Shown here: positions 40,260 through 50,210 of the stretch, piece after piece
How positions within the stretch are numbered: position 1 is the first letter of the stretch
How the letters are laid out: each line of letters begins with the position of its first letter
Assembly: GCA_963845065.1 (NCBI GenBank)
Contig: CAWJQQ010000006.1
Coordinates: 192,001 to 256,000, forward strand
Source: Nitrospirota bacterium
GTDB lineage: Bacteria; Nitrospirota; UBA9217
Direction: 5' to 3'
DNA length: 64,000 bases
Notes under the pieces: model-generated
The model's database searches: none
What the model was told of the DNA's origin: nothing
The model's input: only the letters and a program-made list of their open reading frames with translations
Made by a program: the position numbers and the translations under genes

Positions 40260-40552
40260 GCTAGCGAGACATGAGTACTGCTTCTCGATCAAAGACATCG
40301 AGAGCGGCTGGAGCAATGTGCCGATTTTTTACGACACCTTCAGGGAACGGTCTTTGCCGAGGGAGGCGATGCGTGGGACGATGTGTTCCATGATTCGGAT
40401 TTAAAACACTCAATAGGAGCCCAGGTGAGACTCGGTGCCGATCTGGTATACTCGCTACTACTCGTCGCATTCCGTCCGGTTTTGCAAAAGGTCTTGACAA
40501 TAGATGTGAATCTCAGATTTGCTTAGCTCTCTGAATGCAGGTTCTGTTCTAA
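40260..40552 (+). pseudogene. C-terminal remnant of an Omp85/BamA-TamA-like outer-membrane beta-barrel gene
   Basis: EYCFSIKDIESGWSNVPIF / RHLQGTVFAEGGDAWD...LKHSIGAQVRL / GFAKGLD...ESQICLAL*MQVLF-stop (terminal Phe) across frameshifts. Confidence 0.55.
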
Positions 40553-40727
40553 TAGGTGCATTTGCGATGGAATTACTGTAGGAAATAGGTAATGCTTCGC
40601 ACCGCATAGGACAGCGTGAGCGCGCGTTCCTCAATAAACGGTAATTTTGCATTTCTCGACGATCACGGTGTTTAGACGCTATTTCCTTCGTCATTGATTT
40701 GGTCAGTACTCTTTATGGAGGCAGCGC

Positions 40728-41615
40728 ATGATACTCGTTACGGGTGGAACAGGATTTGTCGGCAGCAATCTGATTCGGCGTTTGCGCAGCGATGACATTG
40801 CTGTACGCGCCCTGGTGAGAAATCCTGGCAAAGGCCGGGCGCTCAAAGACATCGCCGTTGATATTGTCGAGGGCGACGTCTGTAATAATGCCACGCTCGA
40901 AAAGGCGGCATCTGGCTGCGAGCGCGTTGTCCACCTCGTCGGCATCATTCATGAAACGCAAGGCGCGACATTTCGAACTATACATGTGGACGGCACTCGG
41001 AACGTCCTCGAGGCGGCAAAAAAGACCGGAGTGCAGCATTTCTTCTACCAGAGCGCTCTCGGTACACGCCCGGGAGCAAAGAGCATGTATCATAAGACAA
41101 AGTGGGAGGCTGAGGAACTCGTACGCGCAAGCACCATTCCCTACACGATCCTCAGGCCGTCAATCATCTACGGACCCGGAGATCAATTTACGATGAAGCT
41201 CTTAGAGATAATCAAACGCTCACCAGTGCTGCCAGTCATCGGCCCTGGCCGGTTTCGGGTCCAGCCTCTATACATCGACGATGCAGTCTCTTGTATCGTA
41301 AAGGCTATAACCGGCGATTCTTTTTTGAACGAGATGTTCGAGATTGGAGGGCCGGACCAGTTGACCTACGAAGAAATGATCGGGGCGGTCGCCGATGCTC
41401 TTGGCGTATATCGGCCGACCATGCACGTTCCTGTATTTTTGGCAAGGAGCGCGGTGCGGCTTCTCGAGACTGTGTTACCCGCATCGCCGGTGACCTCTGA
41501 CCAGATCATCATGCTCCAGGAGGACAACATTTGCACCATGCGCGACATCCGTGACGCTTTCGGCATCGAACCGATAAAGTTCCGGGAAGGACTCAAAAAA
41601 TTTATTGCGCCCTAG
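40728..41615 (+). CDS. NAD-dependent epimerase/dehydratase, complex I NDUFA9-like
   Basis: MILVTGGTGFVG, HLVGII, SALG, YHKTK, RPSIIYG. Confidence 0.92.
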   Translation: MILVTGGTGFVGSNLIRRLRSDDIAVRALVRNPGKGRALKDIAVDIVEGDVCNNATLEKAASGCERVVHLVGIIHETQGATFRTIHVDGTRNVLEAAKKTGVQHFFYQSALGTRPGAKSMYHKTKWEAEELVRASTIPYTILRPSIIYGPGDQFTMKLLEIIKRSPVLPVIGPGRFRVQPLYIDDAVSCIVKAITGDSFLNEMFEIGGPDQLTYEEMIGAVADALGVYRPTMHVPVFLARSAVRLLETVLPASPVTSDQIIMLQEDNICTMRDIRDAFGIEPIKFREGLKKFIAP

Positions 41616-41659
41616 TGAACTCAGCCAGTTGACGATGAATCATTATGAATACAGCGTCA

Positions 41660-42590
41660 ATGAACTAAACGTGGGCTAAAACATGTGGGATTCTGAGCTG
41701 CAAGCGGAGCTGCTGCCGGATACGCAAGCAGTCTGACTGCTCCTCTCCCAATGGTGGGTCGCCCAAAACATATGAATTACAATTGATGCATTAATATCTC
41801 GATCCTGTTCAGTGTTACGTGCTGGACAGGTCCACGTGCGATTTCTGAGATTTAATTCTTCATTGTTAGAACCGCATACGTGACATTGTTCTGAGGACGG
41901 ATAGTACCTGACTATTATTATAAACGTAGACCCGTACTTCCGGCACATATATCCTGGATATTCAGGTAGTCGGCAAAGCCCATGTCCGATATCTATCGGC
42001 CCCAAAACCTCTTCATGGCCGCAATATTGAGATCCTCAAGGAACAGATAGTCGTACATTGTCGCCATCTTCCTGGCAGTTTATAATGAAGTCTAACCGTT
42101 TTCGCGATCTTTTTGTGTACTCTGGCAATATATCTTCTGGTACGGCTCTGATGTGAGTACCTATCTTCTTGCGCGATAATGCTTTGTTGGCGTTTTTAAC
42201 AAAACGGAAACCGCGCTTGAAGAACTGTGAAGCCGCTGTCGTTTCACCATTGCTTAAGGTACTGCGTTAGCTCAGAATCGGAGCCTGCGCTTTAACCCGT
42301 CATAACTTTATTTTGAACTTCAACCGATACGCCGTCGCATGAGAAACTGAGGTAAATGTTGCTAAGAGTACCACACTTTGCTGTAAGGGTCTTAACGGCC
42401 CCTTTGCTATCAAGCGACTTATGTTATTTTAATACCAACCCCCGATCCGGATATGATTTCCATCAAGCCAATCATAACCCAGCTTGGGGCAGGGTTAACG
42501 ATCTATACTTCCAACGCTTTTTGAATTCTGTAGGAAAGAGCAACGCTTTCATCCCACGCTAAAGTATGTGGGACTTCCCGCACTATTTTC
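41660..42590 (-). mobile_element. tnpB: Heavily decayed second IS200/IS605 (tnpB) remnant
   Basis: LFLEDLNIAAMKRFWGR*ISDMGF (RuvC-II), YYPSSEQCHVCG...RTWTCP...DRDINA (Zn ribbon/RuvC-III); end-like sequences TCCCAC...GTGGGA at 42552-42573 and GAATCCCAC near 41685-41693. Confidence 0.75.
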
Positions 42591-42658
42591 CTAAACTAAA
42601 TCCTTTGCTTTGTGTCAAAAAAGATTTACAATAAAGCCCACTTTGTTTATCAGGAAGG

Positions 42659-43600
42659 ATGGATGGGGATAAAATGAGCGTGAAGAATTTGAAAACTTAT
42701 ATTTTTGCGGTGGTTGTTATTACTGCGGTGATAATAGGCATTGCCAGCTGCGGCAGGAACGGTAAGCTGATAGGGATTAATGTGTTGCCGGAAAACTCCA
42801 GCATTATCCCCGGAAGCTCGCAACAATTTTTAGCCCAGGGGCTTTTATCAGACGGCTCTACCTATATTCTCTATCAAGCGGACTGGGGTTTATCGAGTAC
42901 TGCGACTGCAACGATCGGCACAACCGGCATTCTGGTTGCGTCCACAACCACGGGTACGGCTATAATTACGGCTGCTGACCCATACTCAAGTTTTACCGGC
43001 ACCACCATGCTCACTATTGATTTGCTCTCATCCATTACGGTAACCCCATCCAACCCGAGTATGACTCCGGGGTTAACTTATCAGTTCACTGCCGAAGGAA
43101 ATATTAGGAATTCTGAAACTCAGCTTCTAACAAACTATGTGACGTGGACGTCGTTAAATCCTGCGGTTGCAACAGTCGTGAGTACCCCCGGCATAGACAT
43201 CATTGGCACTGGTGTTGTAACTTCTATCGCTACGGGTACTGCAATCATTCAGGCTACTGACCCAATTTCGGGGATCGTCGGCACCACAACGCTTATTGTT
43301 ACTTCGGTACCGCTTGCAGGTGCACTATTAAATCCCATTAATCCAATCGTTGCAGCAAATGGGACGGCCCTGCAGTTTACCTTAACGGGGACATACGCTG
43401 ATGGCACAACACGTAACTGGACATCGTCGGCAATCTGGAGTTCGTCAAATACCGCAGTTGCAACTATTGACGTTAATGGTTTGGCTACGCCGGTAGCCGC
43501 CGGTACAACGGTTATTGCTGCGGAGGATCCGATAACGAAAATCATTGCAAGCACGACCTTAACAGTTACATTGGAAAATGGGACGGTTATAACTCCCTAG
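42659..43600 (+). CDS. Lipoprotein with three bacterial Ig-like (Big_2) domains
   Basis: Lipobox IASC; three repeats of QF.A/TG...W.S.N.AVATI/V...G...GTA.I.A.DP; Thr-rich. Confidence 0.85.
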   Translation: MDGDKMSVKNLKTYIFAVVVITAVIIGIASCGRNGKLIGINVLPENSSIIPGSSQQFLAQGLLSDGSTYILYQADWGLSSTATATIGTTGILVASTTTGTAIITAADPYSSFTGTTMLTIDLLSSITVTPSNPSMTPGLTYQFTAEGNIRNSETQLLTNYVTWTSLNPAVATVVSTPGIDIIGTGVVTSIATGTAIIQATDPISGIVGTTTLIVTSVPLAGALLNPINPIVAANGTALQFTLTGTYADGTTRNWTSSAIWSSSNTAVATIDVNGLATPVAAGTTVIAAEDPITKIIASTTLTVTLENGTVITP

Positions 43601-43881
43601 AAAAGATTATGTTCATGTAATTTAGACGGCTTGGACGGTCGTCTTGTAAACTTTTTATTTCATTATCGTAGGCCGGGGACATGTGAAAAAATGCTCTGTT
43701 GGTTGGCATTTGTAAATCGAAAAAACGGTGGGTTTTCTCATGAGACACAAAGAACGCAAATACAGTCAAACCTGTTGTCGACAATGGGTAACACCATATT
43801 TCAGAGTTGATTCTTCAGATCAATTTTTTCCCTATACTCTCCATGCTTAAACGCTCTTCTTGGTACATTCAGCCTGCCGGC

Positions 43882-45813
43882 TCACGCCAGTTTTTTTCTA
43901 GCCTCGAACTCCCGCTTTACCGTCGGGAAGGCATTCAAGTCTGTATGGGGCAGAAAGAGCGCCGACATATATTCATCCATGAAACTACGCGAGACCGATA
44001 ACTCAACATAGGTCATTCTCTTTGCGATCTCTTCAGCCTCATGCCGCAGGCGGTCGCACAGGAGACCGTAGTAGGCGCCCATGATGGCTGTGTTCCCGAG
44101 GAATTGGAATTTGTCCAGCGCTAAATCGGGTAGCATGCCGATAGTGATGGCGCGCTCAACGTCGATGTACCGGCCGAACCCTCCGGCAATATAAAGCTTT
44201 TGTACGTCGCTGAACTTCATCCCCATATGCGACAACAGCGTGGCAAAGCCCGCGTATATCGCTGCCTTGGCGCGGATCAGGTTATCCAAGTCTACTTCCG
44301 TTATCACAATCTCCTTGTTGATGGCGCTCTCAATGCGCCAGGCAAGCACGTATTCCAGGCCGCTCTCTCCTCTCCGCACTCGATTGGACCCGATCTCCTC
44401 ACGGATCTTACCCTTCTGATCGATGACTCCGTTCAAGTACATTTCGGCAAGAACATCGATCATGCCAGAGCCGCAGATGCCGATGGGCTTCACATCGCCG
44501 ATTACCTGGTAGTTCACGTCATACGTCTTGCCGTTGATCTCGACTTCTTCGATGGCCCCTTCCATGGCGCGCATGCCGAACTTGATGCCGCTCCCCTCGA
44601 ATGCGGGACCCGCGGAACACGCCGCCGTCACGAGCCAGTCCTTGTTGCCAAGCACGATCTCGCCATTGGTGCCCACATCAATGAAGAGCGAAACCTGCTC
44701 TTGCTTGTGGATCTGCGACACTAGTACACCCGCGGTAATATCACCGCCCACATAGCTGGCCACGTTCGGCATGGAGTAGATGAGCGCCTGTGGGTCGAGT
44801 TGGAAGCCCACGCTCTTCCCGCGAACGAGCGGGAAAAAAGTTGCAACAGGGATATAAGGCGCCTCGCGGATGTGCTGAGGGTCGATGCCGTAAAAAAGGT
44901 GCGTCATAGTAGTGTTGCCCGCAACCACGATATAATCGATCATCCCCGGGGAAATGCCGTTTTTTTCTGCTAGCTCCGCGAGCATTGTGTTGATATTGCC
45001 CAATACGAGGTCCTGCAGTTCCTTCAGACCGTTCCGTTCCGAGGCGTAAACGATACGTGTAATTACGTCGTCGCCGCACTTCGATTGACTGTTGTACGTC
45101 GAAGCTGTGCCGATAACGTTGCCGCTTTTCATTTCTACGAGGTATACGACCACGGTCGTGGTCCCGATATCGATTGCCGCACCATAACGTTGGCGGGTCA
45201 CTTCTCCTGGGTAAATGTCGAGCACCTCGAGCACAGCGCCAACGTTGAAGCACGATACCGTCACCTTCCAATTGCCATCACGCAGCACATGCGCCAGTTT
45301 GGAAAGCACCTGGTAACTCATTTGCAGGTGCACGGCGTCAAAGCCTGCATTGTCCAGTGCACGTCGGAGACGCTCATAATCCGCGATGTTGTCGTCGATG
45401 GTGGGAGGAGTGATGTCGAGGTAGATGCGGATCATGCGAGAGTCAAGGCACCCGCCCGCGGCCTTCATGAGCTGTCGAATCTCCTCGGACTTCGCGCCTG
45501 TTGCGATCTTATGTTTGGCCTGCATGCGCGATTCCGGTGGGATAATAACGACAAGATCGCTCTCAATGTGCGAATGACAGGCAAGCACATACCCGCGTCC
45601 GATCTCCTCGGAGGTCAGGTAGGACTGGGACTTTCCGATCTCAACATCTCCTTCTTTAATGACGACTTTGCATTTGCCGCAATTGCCTTTCCCACCGCAG
45701 GACGAGAGCACATAAACGCCCGCGGCCTTGACGGCCCTGAAAAGATTGGTATTGTCATCCACATTGACGGTGATGTTGTCCGGTAAAAATGTAATTTGTC
45801 GTTTCACCTGCAC
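43882..45813 (-). CDS. ASKHA-family reductive activator of corrinoid proteins (RACo/AcsV/RamA-like) with N-terminal 2Fe-2S domain
   Basis: CGGKGNCGKC...LAC; DIGTTTV; GDDVITRI; DVGTNGE; SAGPAFEG; GICGSG; IAGGFG. Confidence 0.92.
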   Translation of the reverse strand: MQVKRQITFLPDNITVNVDDNTNLFRAVKAAGVYVLSSCGGKGNCGKCKVVIKEGDVEIGKSQSYLTSEEIGRGYVLACHSHIESDLVVIIPPESRMQAKHKIATGAKSEEIRQLMKAAGGCLDSRMIRIYLDITPPTIDDNIADYERLRRALDNAGFDAVHLQMSYQVLSKLAHVLRDGNWKVTVSCFNVGAVLEVLDIYPGEVTRQRYGAAIDIGTTTVVVYLVEMKSGNVIGTASTYNSQSKCGDDVITRIVYASERNGLKELQDLVLGNINTMLAELAEKNGISPGMIDYIVVAGNTTMTHLFYGIDPQHIREAPYIPVATFFPLVRGKSVGFQLDPQALIYSMPNVASYVGGDITAGVLVSQIHKQEQVSLFIDVGTNGEIVLGNKDWLVTAACSAGPAFEGSGIKFGMRAMEGAIEEVEINGKTYDVNYQVIGDVKPIGICGSGMIDVLAEMYLNGVIDQKGKIREEIGSNRVRRGESGLEYVLAWRIESAINKEIVITEVDLDNLIRAKAAIYAGFATLLSHMGMKFSDVQKLYIAGGFGRYIDVERAITIGMLPDLALDKFQFLGNTAIMGAYYGLLCDRLRHEAEEIAKRMTYVELSVSRSFMDEYMSALFLPHTDLNAFPTVKREFEARKKLA

Positions 45814-45932
45814 AGGCTCCTCCCCAGTATACTCGCCTTCGACGTGAGAAACATGATGGTTGGTAACAGTATATAACTTCCACCGATTTCATTCTCCAGA
45901 GTGAACACCGGTCCATCAATGAATTATCGGTG

Positions 45933-45961
45933 AATATAACAGGGTGCGGAACAAGGGTCAA
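45933..45961 (-). promoter_or_regulatory. Sigma70-type promoter for the RACo gene
   Basis: TTGACC-17 nt (TGn)-TATATT on the minus strand. Confidence 0.6.
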
Positions 45962-46108
45962 GGGGATTCTGAACCGGAGATTCTTAGCGGGGGACCGGAG
46001 TTTCGCTGTGTTCTGGAACTGTGGCAGGAGCGGTGAATCTCTCAGTCGATGTCATTGACATCGTTCGGGAGATTTATTATTATGGAAACAATGCCGGTAA
46101 ACACGACG

Positions 46109-46579
46109 ATGATTCAAAAATTATTTTTTATTGCCGCAGCATTGAGTATCGGCCTGTCTTTGTTTGCCTGCGCCTTCGCGCCTATGAAACTTGTAGTTGG
46201 TTACACGCCTGCCATCGGCGAAAAGGCGGCCCGAACCGCTGTCGCGATGATCGGCAGACCCTACAAATATAGCGGCGACAGCCCCGAAGGCTTTGACTGC
46301 AGCGGTCTGGTGCGATACAGTTATTTAGCTGCCGGATTAGACGTACCGCACAGAACGAAGGATTTAAGGAACGCGAGCAACCCCGTGGGCTACCCAAAAA
46401 TTCGGAGGGGCGATCTCCTTTTTTTTGAGGAACGAGGGGTAAAATACTCTCATGTCGGCATCTATATCGGCAACGATCACTTTGTCCACGCTCCCAGCAC
46501 GGGCCAGAAGGTCCGCAAAGACAGTCTCCGGGACGCCTTCTGGAAAAAATCCTTCCTGGAAGCGCGCAGATTTCATTGA
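46109..46579 (+). CDS. NlpC/P60 (C40) peptidase lipoprotein
   Basis: Lipobox LFAC; PYKYSG...GFDCSGL, GDLLFF, HVGIYIG, FVHA; start codon uncertain. Confidence 0.92.
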   Translation: MIQKLFFIAAALSIGLSLFACAFAPMKLVVGYTPAIGEKAARTAVAMIGRPYKYSGDSPEGFDCSGLVRYSYLAAGLDVPHRTKDLRNASNPVGYPKIRRGDLLFFEERGVKYSHVGIYIGNDHFVHAPSTGQKVRKDSLRDAFWKKSFLEARRFH

Positions 46580-46755
46580 TACCTGTTAAACCGAGTCGTT
46601 TAATACAAAGTAATCAACACTCTGCTACTCTAAAAAATATGTTATGGCTTTCTGTCTCCTTTTTTGGGTCCGACCTTTTCGAAAATATTTATTGCCGCTT
46701 GGGGGAAAGGTTTTTCGTCGTCAATTCGTGACTTTGCGGGAAACTGATTGTTCAA

Positions 46756-47517
46756 TTACTTCTTTGACTTTCTTCTCGCTTTCTTTATCTCCTCGCGTTC
46801 CTTTGCCTGCATCTGTACCAACCCGCTCCAGAGCCCATAAAGCAGGACCTGTAGGCCGATTACGATCAGAAAGCCTGCGCGCATGACATAGCCCATCGAG
46901 TCTGCAAACCGTACGGTCGTCTCCTCTATCGTCCGGTAGAGGATGACCATGTTCGTCATCGACGTAATGAGCGTGACTGCCGCTCCCGCTAATACGCCTT
47001 CGAGCATGGCATTGCCCTTTGAGGTATGGCCGATCCAGCTGCCTGTCACTAAGCTGGTGATGACGGCAACAAGTGCGAGCAGAAATACACCGTCTTTGCC
47101 CACAAACCAGGGATAGTCTCCCCTCAGGAACCTGCCGACAGTCTCGATGGTGAACTTGCCGTAGACGTCTGTGAAGGACTGCCCGCTGAACTGGATAAAC
47201 AGCACTACCAGGAAGATTTCCACGGAAAACTTGGTGAAGAAGCTGACTGCGACGTCGATGATGACCTTCCCGGTCGTGATACCTGCATCAACGCCCGCAG
47301 GGGCGATCTTTGTTTCATCTCTCGGGTTTGCGGACGTACCCTTGACGGACCTGCCCTTCTTACGATGCTCTAGGACTTCATAAATGATTGCATAGAGGAT
47401 TGGTACGAGGGGAAGTATCTTGTTGGTGTAAAATTCAAGATCAAAAGCGCGGCTCAGAGTCACGAGGCCGATAGCGCTTCCGATAGCGATGGTAAAACTG
47501 AGGAAAAGATTGCCCAT
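46756..47517 (-). CDS. Hypothetical membrane protein
   Basis: 253-aa ORF with about six hydrophobic segments and a basic C-terminal tail. Confidence 0.65.
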   Translation of the reverse strand: MGNLFLSFTIAIGSAIGLVTLSRAFDLEFYTNKILPLVPILYAIIYEVLEHRKKGRSVKGTSANPRDETKIAPAGVDAGITTGKVIIDVAVSFFTKFSVEIFLVVLFIQFSGQSFTDVYGKFTIETVGRFLRGDYPWFVGKDGVFLLALVAVITSLVTGSWIGHTSKGNAMLEGVLAGAAVTLITSMTNMVILYRTIEETTVRFADSMGYVMRAGFLIVIGLQVLLYGLWSGLVQMQAKEREEIKKARRKSKK

Positions 47518-47679
47518 AGATTTGAAACTTACGAGTCAATGCTTATTTATTGAAAAAATACAATTACCGCGAGGACACCAGAAACGCGAAAAAAATCTTT
47601 AAAATTAAACTCTTAATAAAAATTAACCTGTATACGTCTTTCTTCTCGACCGCTGCGGACTCTCTGAACGCCTGTTTTT

Positions 47680-48399
47680 CTACCGTAAGTCGCCATCGCT
47701 GTTTGATGGTGCAGTATCCGGCTTACCTGGGCTAGACGAGGATTTCTTCCTTGCGTATGCTTCCAGCTTTATATAGAAATCCTTGCCCATGAACGTCTCG
47801 ATGGTCTTTTTAAGGCTCTTGTACATGGGCTTGCCCGACGGTTCAGTCATGCATTTGATGTGATTCAGGTAGGGTGTGTCCTGAATGGAGATAACTTTTT
47901 TGCCTTTTTCGGTTGTGTAGAACGCAAGGGGATACTGAACGCAGTCGGCAAATTTGAATTCCTCCCAGACCATTCCCTTCTCTATGGCATAGCTATGGAC
48001 GCTGCAATACCTCATGCCATCCTTATTCGTGTAAATCAGGGCACAGTCGTTGTTGAACAGGAGCACACAGCGGAAATCCTGGCCTCCGAAGTTTCTGCGG
48101 ATGGCCTGGGCCTCATCTTCGTGGATCACGCAGCCGGTCGGACACTGGGTTTTGCACGTTCCAAGGATAGACCCGTTCTTTTTGATTGCGTTGCAGTTCT
48201 CCGGTGAGAGATAGGCGAGAATGCCTTCGAGGTGCGCCTCGACCTTTTTCGCTTCCGCTGGCGGGACGATGCATGAGCGGTAACAGCACATGGACTTACA
48301 GTCGTATTTTTCCACGTCGCACGTGTAGGGACGGGTAAATATCTCGGGATTAACAAGTACGGAAGCGATCTCGACGAAGCCTTTTTGGTCAGATGACAT
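47680..48399 (-). CDS. Cys-rich DUF3109-like protein
   Basis: CDVEKYDCKSMCC, CALI...CSVHSYA, K..DCVQYPL; SD GGAGG before ATG 48399. Confidence 0.7.
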   Translation of the reverse strand: MSSDQKGFVEIASVLVNPEIFTRPYTCDVEKYDCKSMCCYRSCIVPPAEAKKVEAHLEGILAYLSPENCNAIKKNGSILGTCKTQCPTGCVIHEDEAQAIRRNFGGQDFRCVLLFNNDCALIYTNKDGMRYCSVHSYAIEKGMVWEEFKFADCVQYPLAFYTTEKGKKVISIQDTPYLNHIKCMTEPSGKPMYKSLKKTIETFMGKDFYIKLEAYARKKSSSSPGKPDTAPSNSDGDLR

Positions 48400-48709
48400 G
48401 AATTTCCTCCACAACCAAGCCGATATTTATTGTTGAGACCTGCTTTGAGCGTGTCAACGTGTTCAGAGTGAGCTGCGCACAGCTCGGTTTCCCTCTTTTT
48501 GCTTACCTAGCGCCCGGCAGTGAAAGGCATTTTAAGACAGTCAGCGGAGGATGTAAAGTTTTTTTTCTTTCTTTTTGATTTTCTCTTGCATTTGATGAAA
48601 AAAAGAGTATATTGCGAAACAAAAATGAGCCCGTAGGAATCTCTTTTCGTCGCTCACGAGGCATTATCACGGCGCTCTGAAAAAAAATGAGCGCGAATCA
48701 TTTTTATTC

Positions 48710-48738
48710 TTGACAAAGAGTTGTATTTTTGATAAATG
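48710..48738 (+). promoter_or_regulatory. Sigma70-type promoter upstream of the speD leader
   Basis: TTGACA-17 nt (TGn)-TAAATG; a second candidate TTGCAT-16-TATATT at 48586-48613. Confidence 0.5.
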
Positions 48739-48885
48739 AAAACTAATTATGGTGTTGTTGGCGCCGTCTGAAATTTAGGCGGGTTGGATTCGAACTTCAA
48801 ACCCTTCCGTGAGAACGGACGGTGGTGCTCGCAGACCCTGCGAAACGCGTGGGTAGTTCGGCGGGCGGAGAAGGAGGCAAACAGG

Positions 48886-49287
48886 TTGCACGCGTTGGGC
48901 ACTCATCTGTTGTTGGAGTTGAGGGATTGCAACCCCAAGACCCTAGGTAATTTAGAGTTTGTACAAGAAACACTCAAAAATGCAGCCCTTGAGGCAAAAG
49001 CGACAATAGTTGAGGTCGCTTTCCACGAGTTCAGTCCCTTTGGCATCAGCGGGATGGTGGTAATCGCTGAATCCCATCTTTCAATCCACACGTGGCCAGA
49101 ATATGGCTACGCCGCAGCTGATGTCTTCACTTGCGGGGACCTTATAGATCCCCGTGTCGCAGCAAAATTCCTTATCGAAAAGTTTCAATGTCAAAACCCC
49201 TCCATTATTGAGATGAAGCGGGGAATCCTCGGCCACAAGAAGCTTCCGCACAAACCAATCGTACAAGGAGAGCTGGTTTCAGCATGA
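48886..49287 (+). CDS. speD: S-adenosylmethionine decarboxylase proenzyme (class 1B)
   Basis: LGTHLLLEL, FHEFSPFGISGMVVIAESHLSIHTWPEYGYAAADVFTCG with the E|SH cleavage site; TTG start after AAGGAGG. Confidence 0.95.
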   Translation: MHALGTHLLLELRDCNPKTLGNLEFVQETLKNAALEAKATIVEVAFHEFSPFGISGMVVIAESHLSIHTWPEYGYAAADVFTCGDLIDPRVAAKFLIEKFQCQNPSIIEMKRGILGHKKLPHKPIVQGELVSA

Positions 49288-50204
49288 TCGAACCGAAGAG
49301 CTACAAGTGGTTCATTGAGTATACGAGCCCCCAGGAAGGCCATATCCATGGGATACGTACTATTCACTACGCGAGCCAGACCAAATATCAGAACATGGAG
49401 ATCATTGAAAGCGGGAGCTACGGCCGGTGCCTCGTCTTGGATGGAAAGATGCAGTCGTCCTTTACCGACGAGTTCATTTACCATGAGGCGCTGGTCCATC
49501 CTGCCCTTTTGACCCATCCGAACCCGAAGCGGGTCTTCATCGTAGGCGGAGGCGAAGGGGCCACGCTCCGAGAAGTACTTCGCCACAAGAGCGTCGAGTA
49601 CTGCATGATGGTGGACATCGATCAGGAAGTGGTTGAAAAGTCCAAGGAACTGCTTCCCGAATGGCACCAGGGCGCATTTGATGACCCACGTACAGATCTG
49701 CGGTACATGGATGCCCGTAAGTATTTGGAAGAGACCACGGACAATTATGATACTATCATAATTGATATTTCTGAACCCGTTGAAGAAGGCCCGGCCTACC
49801 TCCTGTTCACGCGCGAGTTCTATGAGATCGTAAAAGAGCGCCTGACACCAGACGGCACGATCGCTCTTCAGGCTGGTACCACAGCCCTGCACCAGCTTTT
49901 AAACTTTACTGCCGTAAACAAGACTCTGAACGCGGTTTTCCCAGTTGTCACCCCCTACAATGTATGCATCCCGTCATTTGGTCTTCCCTGGGGCTTTACG
50001 CTGGCTTCCAAGAACATTGACCCCAGCAAGTTTACTCCCCATCATGTGGACGAGCTGGTCAAGAAGCGGATCAAGGGCGAAAACAGGTATTATGACGGCA
50101 TTACAAATCAGGGCATGTACATGCTGCCGAAGCACATTCGCAAGGCCATGGCCGAAGAAACAAAAATAATCGAAGACAACGCTCCGCTTTTCACCTATCA
50201 TTAA
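49284..50204 (+). CDS. speE: Polyamine aminopropyltransferase (spermidine synthase family)
   Basis: YQ, LVLDGKMQS, DEFIYHE, VGGGEGATLREV, VDID, IIIDISEP; overlaps the speD stop by 4 nt. Confidence 0.95.
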   Translation: MIEPKSYKWFIEYTSPQEGHIHGIRTIHYASQTKYQNMEIIESGSYGRCLVLDGKMQSSFTDEFIYHEALVHPALLTHPNPKRVFIVGGGEGATLREVLRHKSVEYCMMVDIDQEVVEKSKELLPEWHQGAFDDPRTDLRYMDARKYLEETTDNYDTIIIDISEPVEEGPAYLLFTREFYEIVKERLTPDGTIALQAGTTALHQLLNFTAVNKTLNAVFPVVTPYNVCIPSFGLPWGFTLASKNIDPSKFTPHHVDELVKKRIKGENRYYDGITNQGMYMLPKHIRKAMAEETKIIEDNAPLFTYH

Positions 50205-50210
50205 GAGGCC

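Noticed and set aside
40261..40520. Minus-strand ORF resembling a HicA toxin (DSH...IP...SPGLLLSVL)
   Set aside because: Weak resemblance, no start/SD or hicB partner; the plus strand explains the region better as an Omp85 C-terminal relic.
45815..45935. Cobalamin riboswitch upstream of the corrinoid activator
   Set aside because: No B12-box or conserved GGGAA/GCCACUG elements; only one imperfect inverted repeat (CACCGAT...ATCGGTG) overlapping the predicted start site.
48745..48885. SAM-I or SAM-I-variant spermidine riboswitch before speD
   Set aside because: Lacks the AUC...GAU P1, the kink-turn and the GCAAC core; retained only as an unclassified structured leader.
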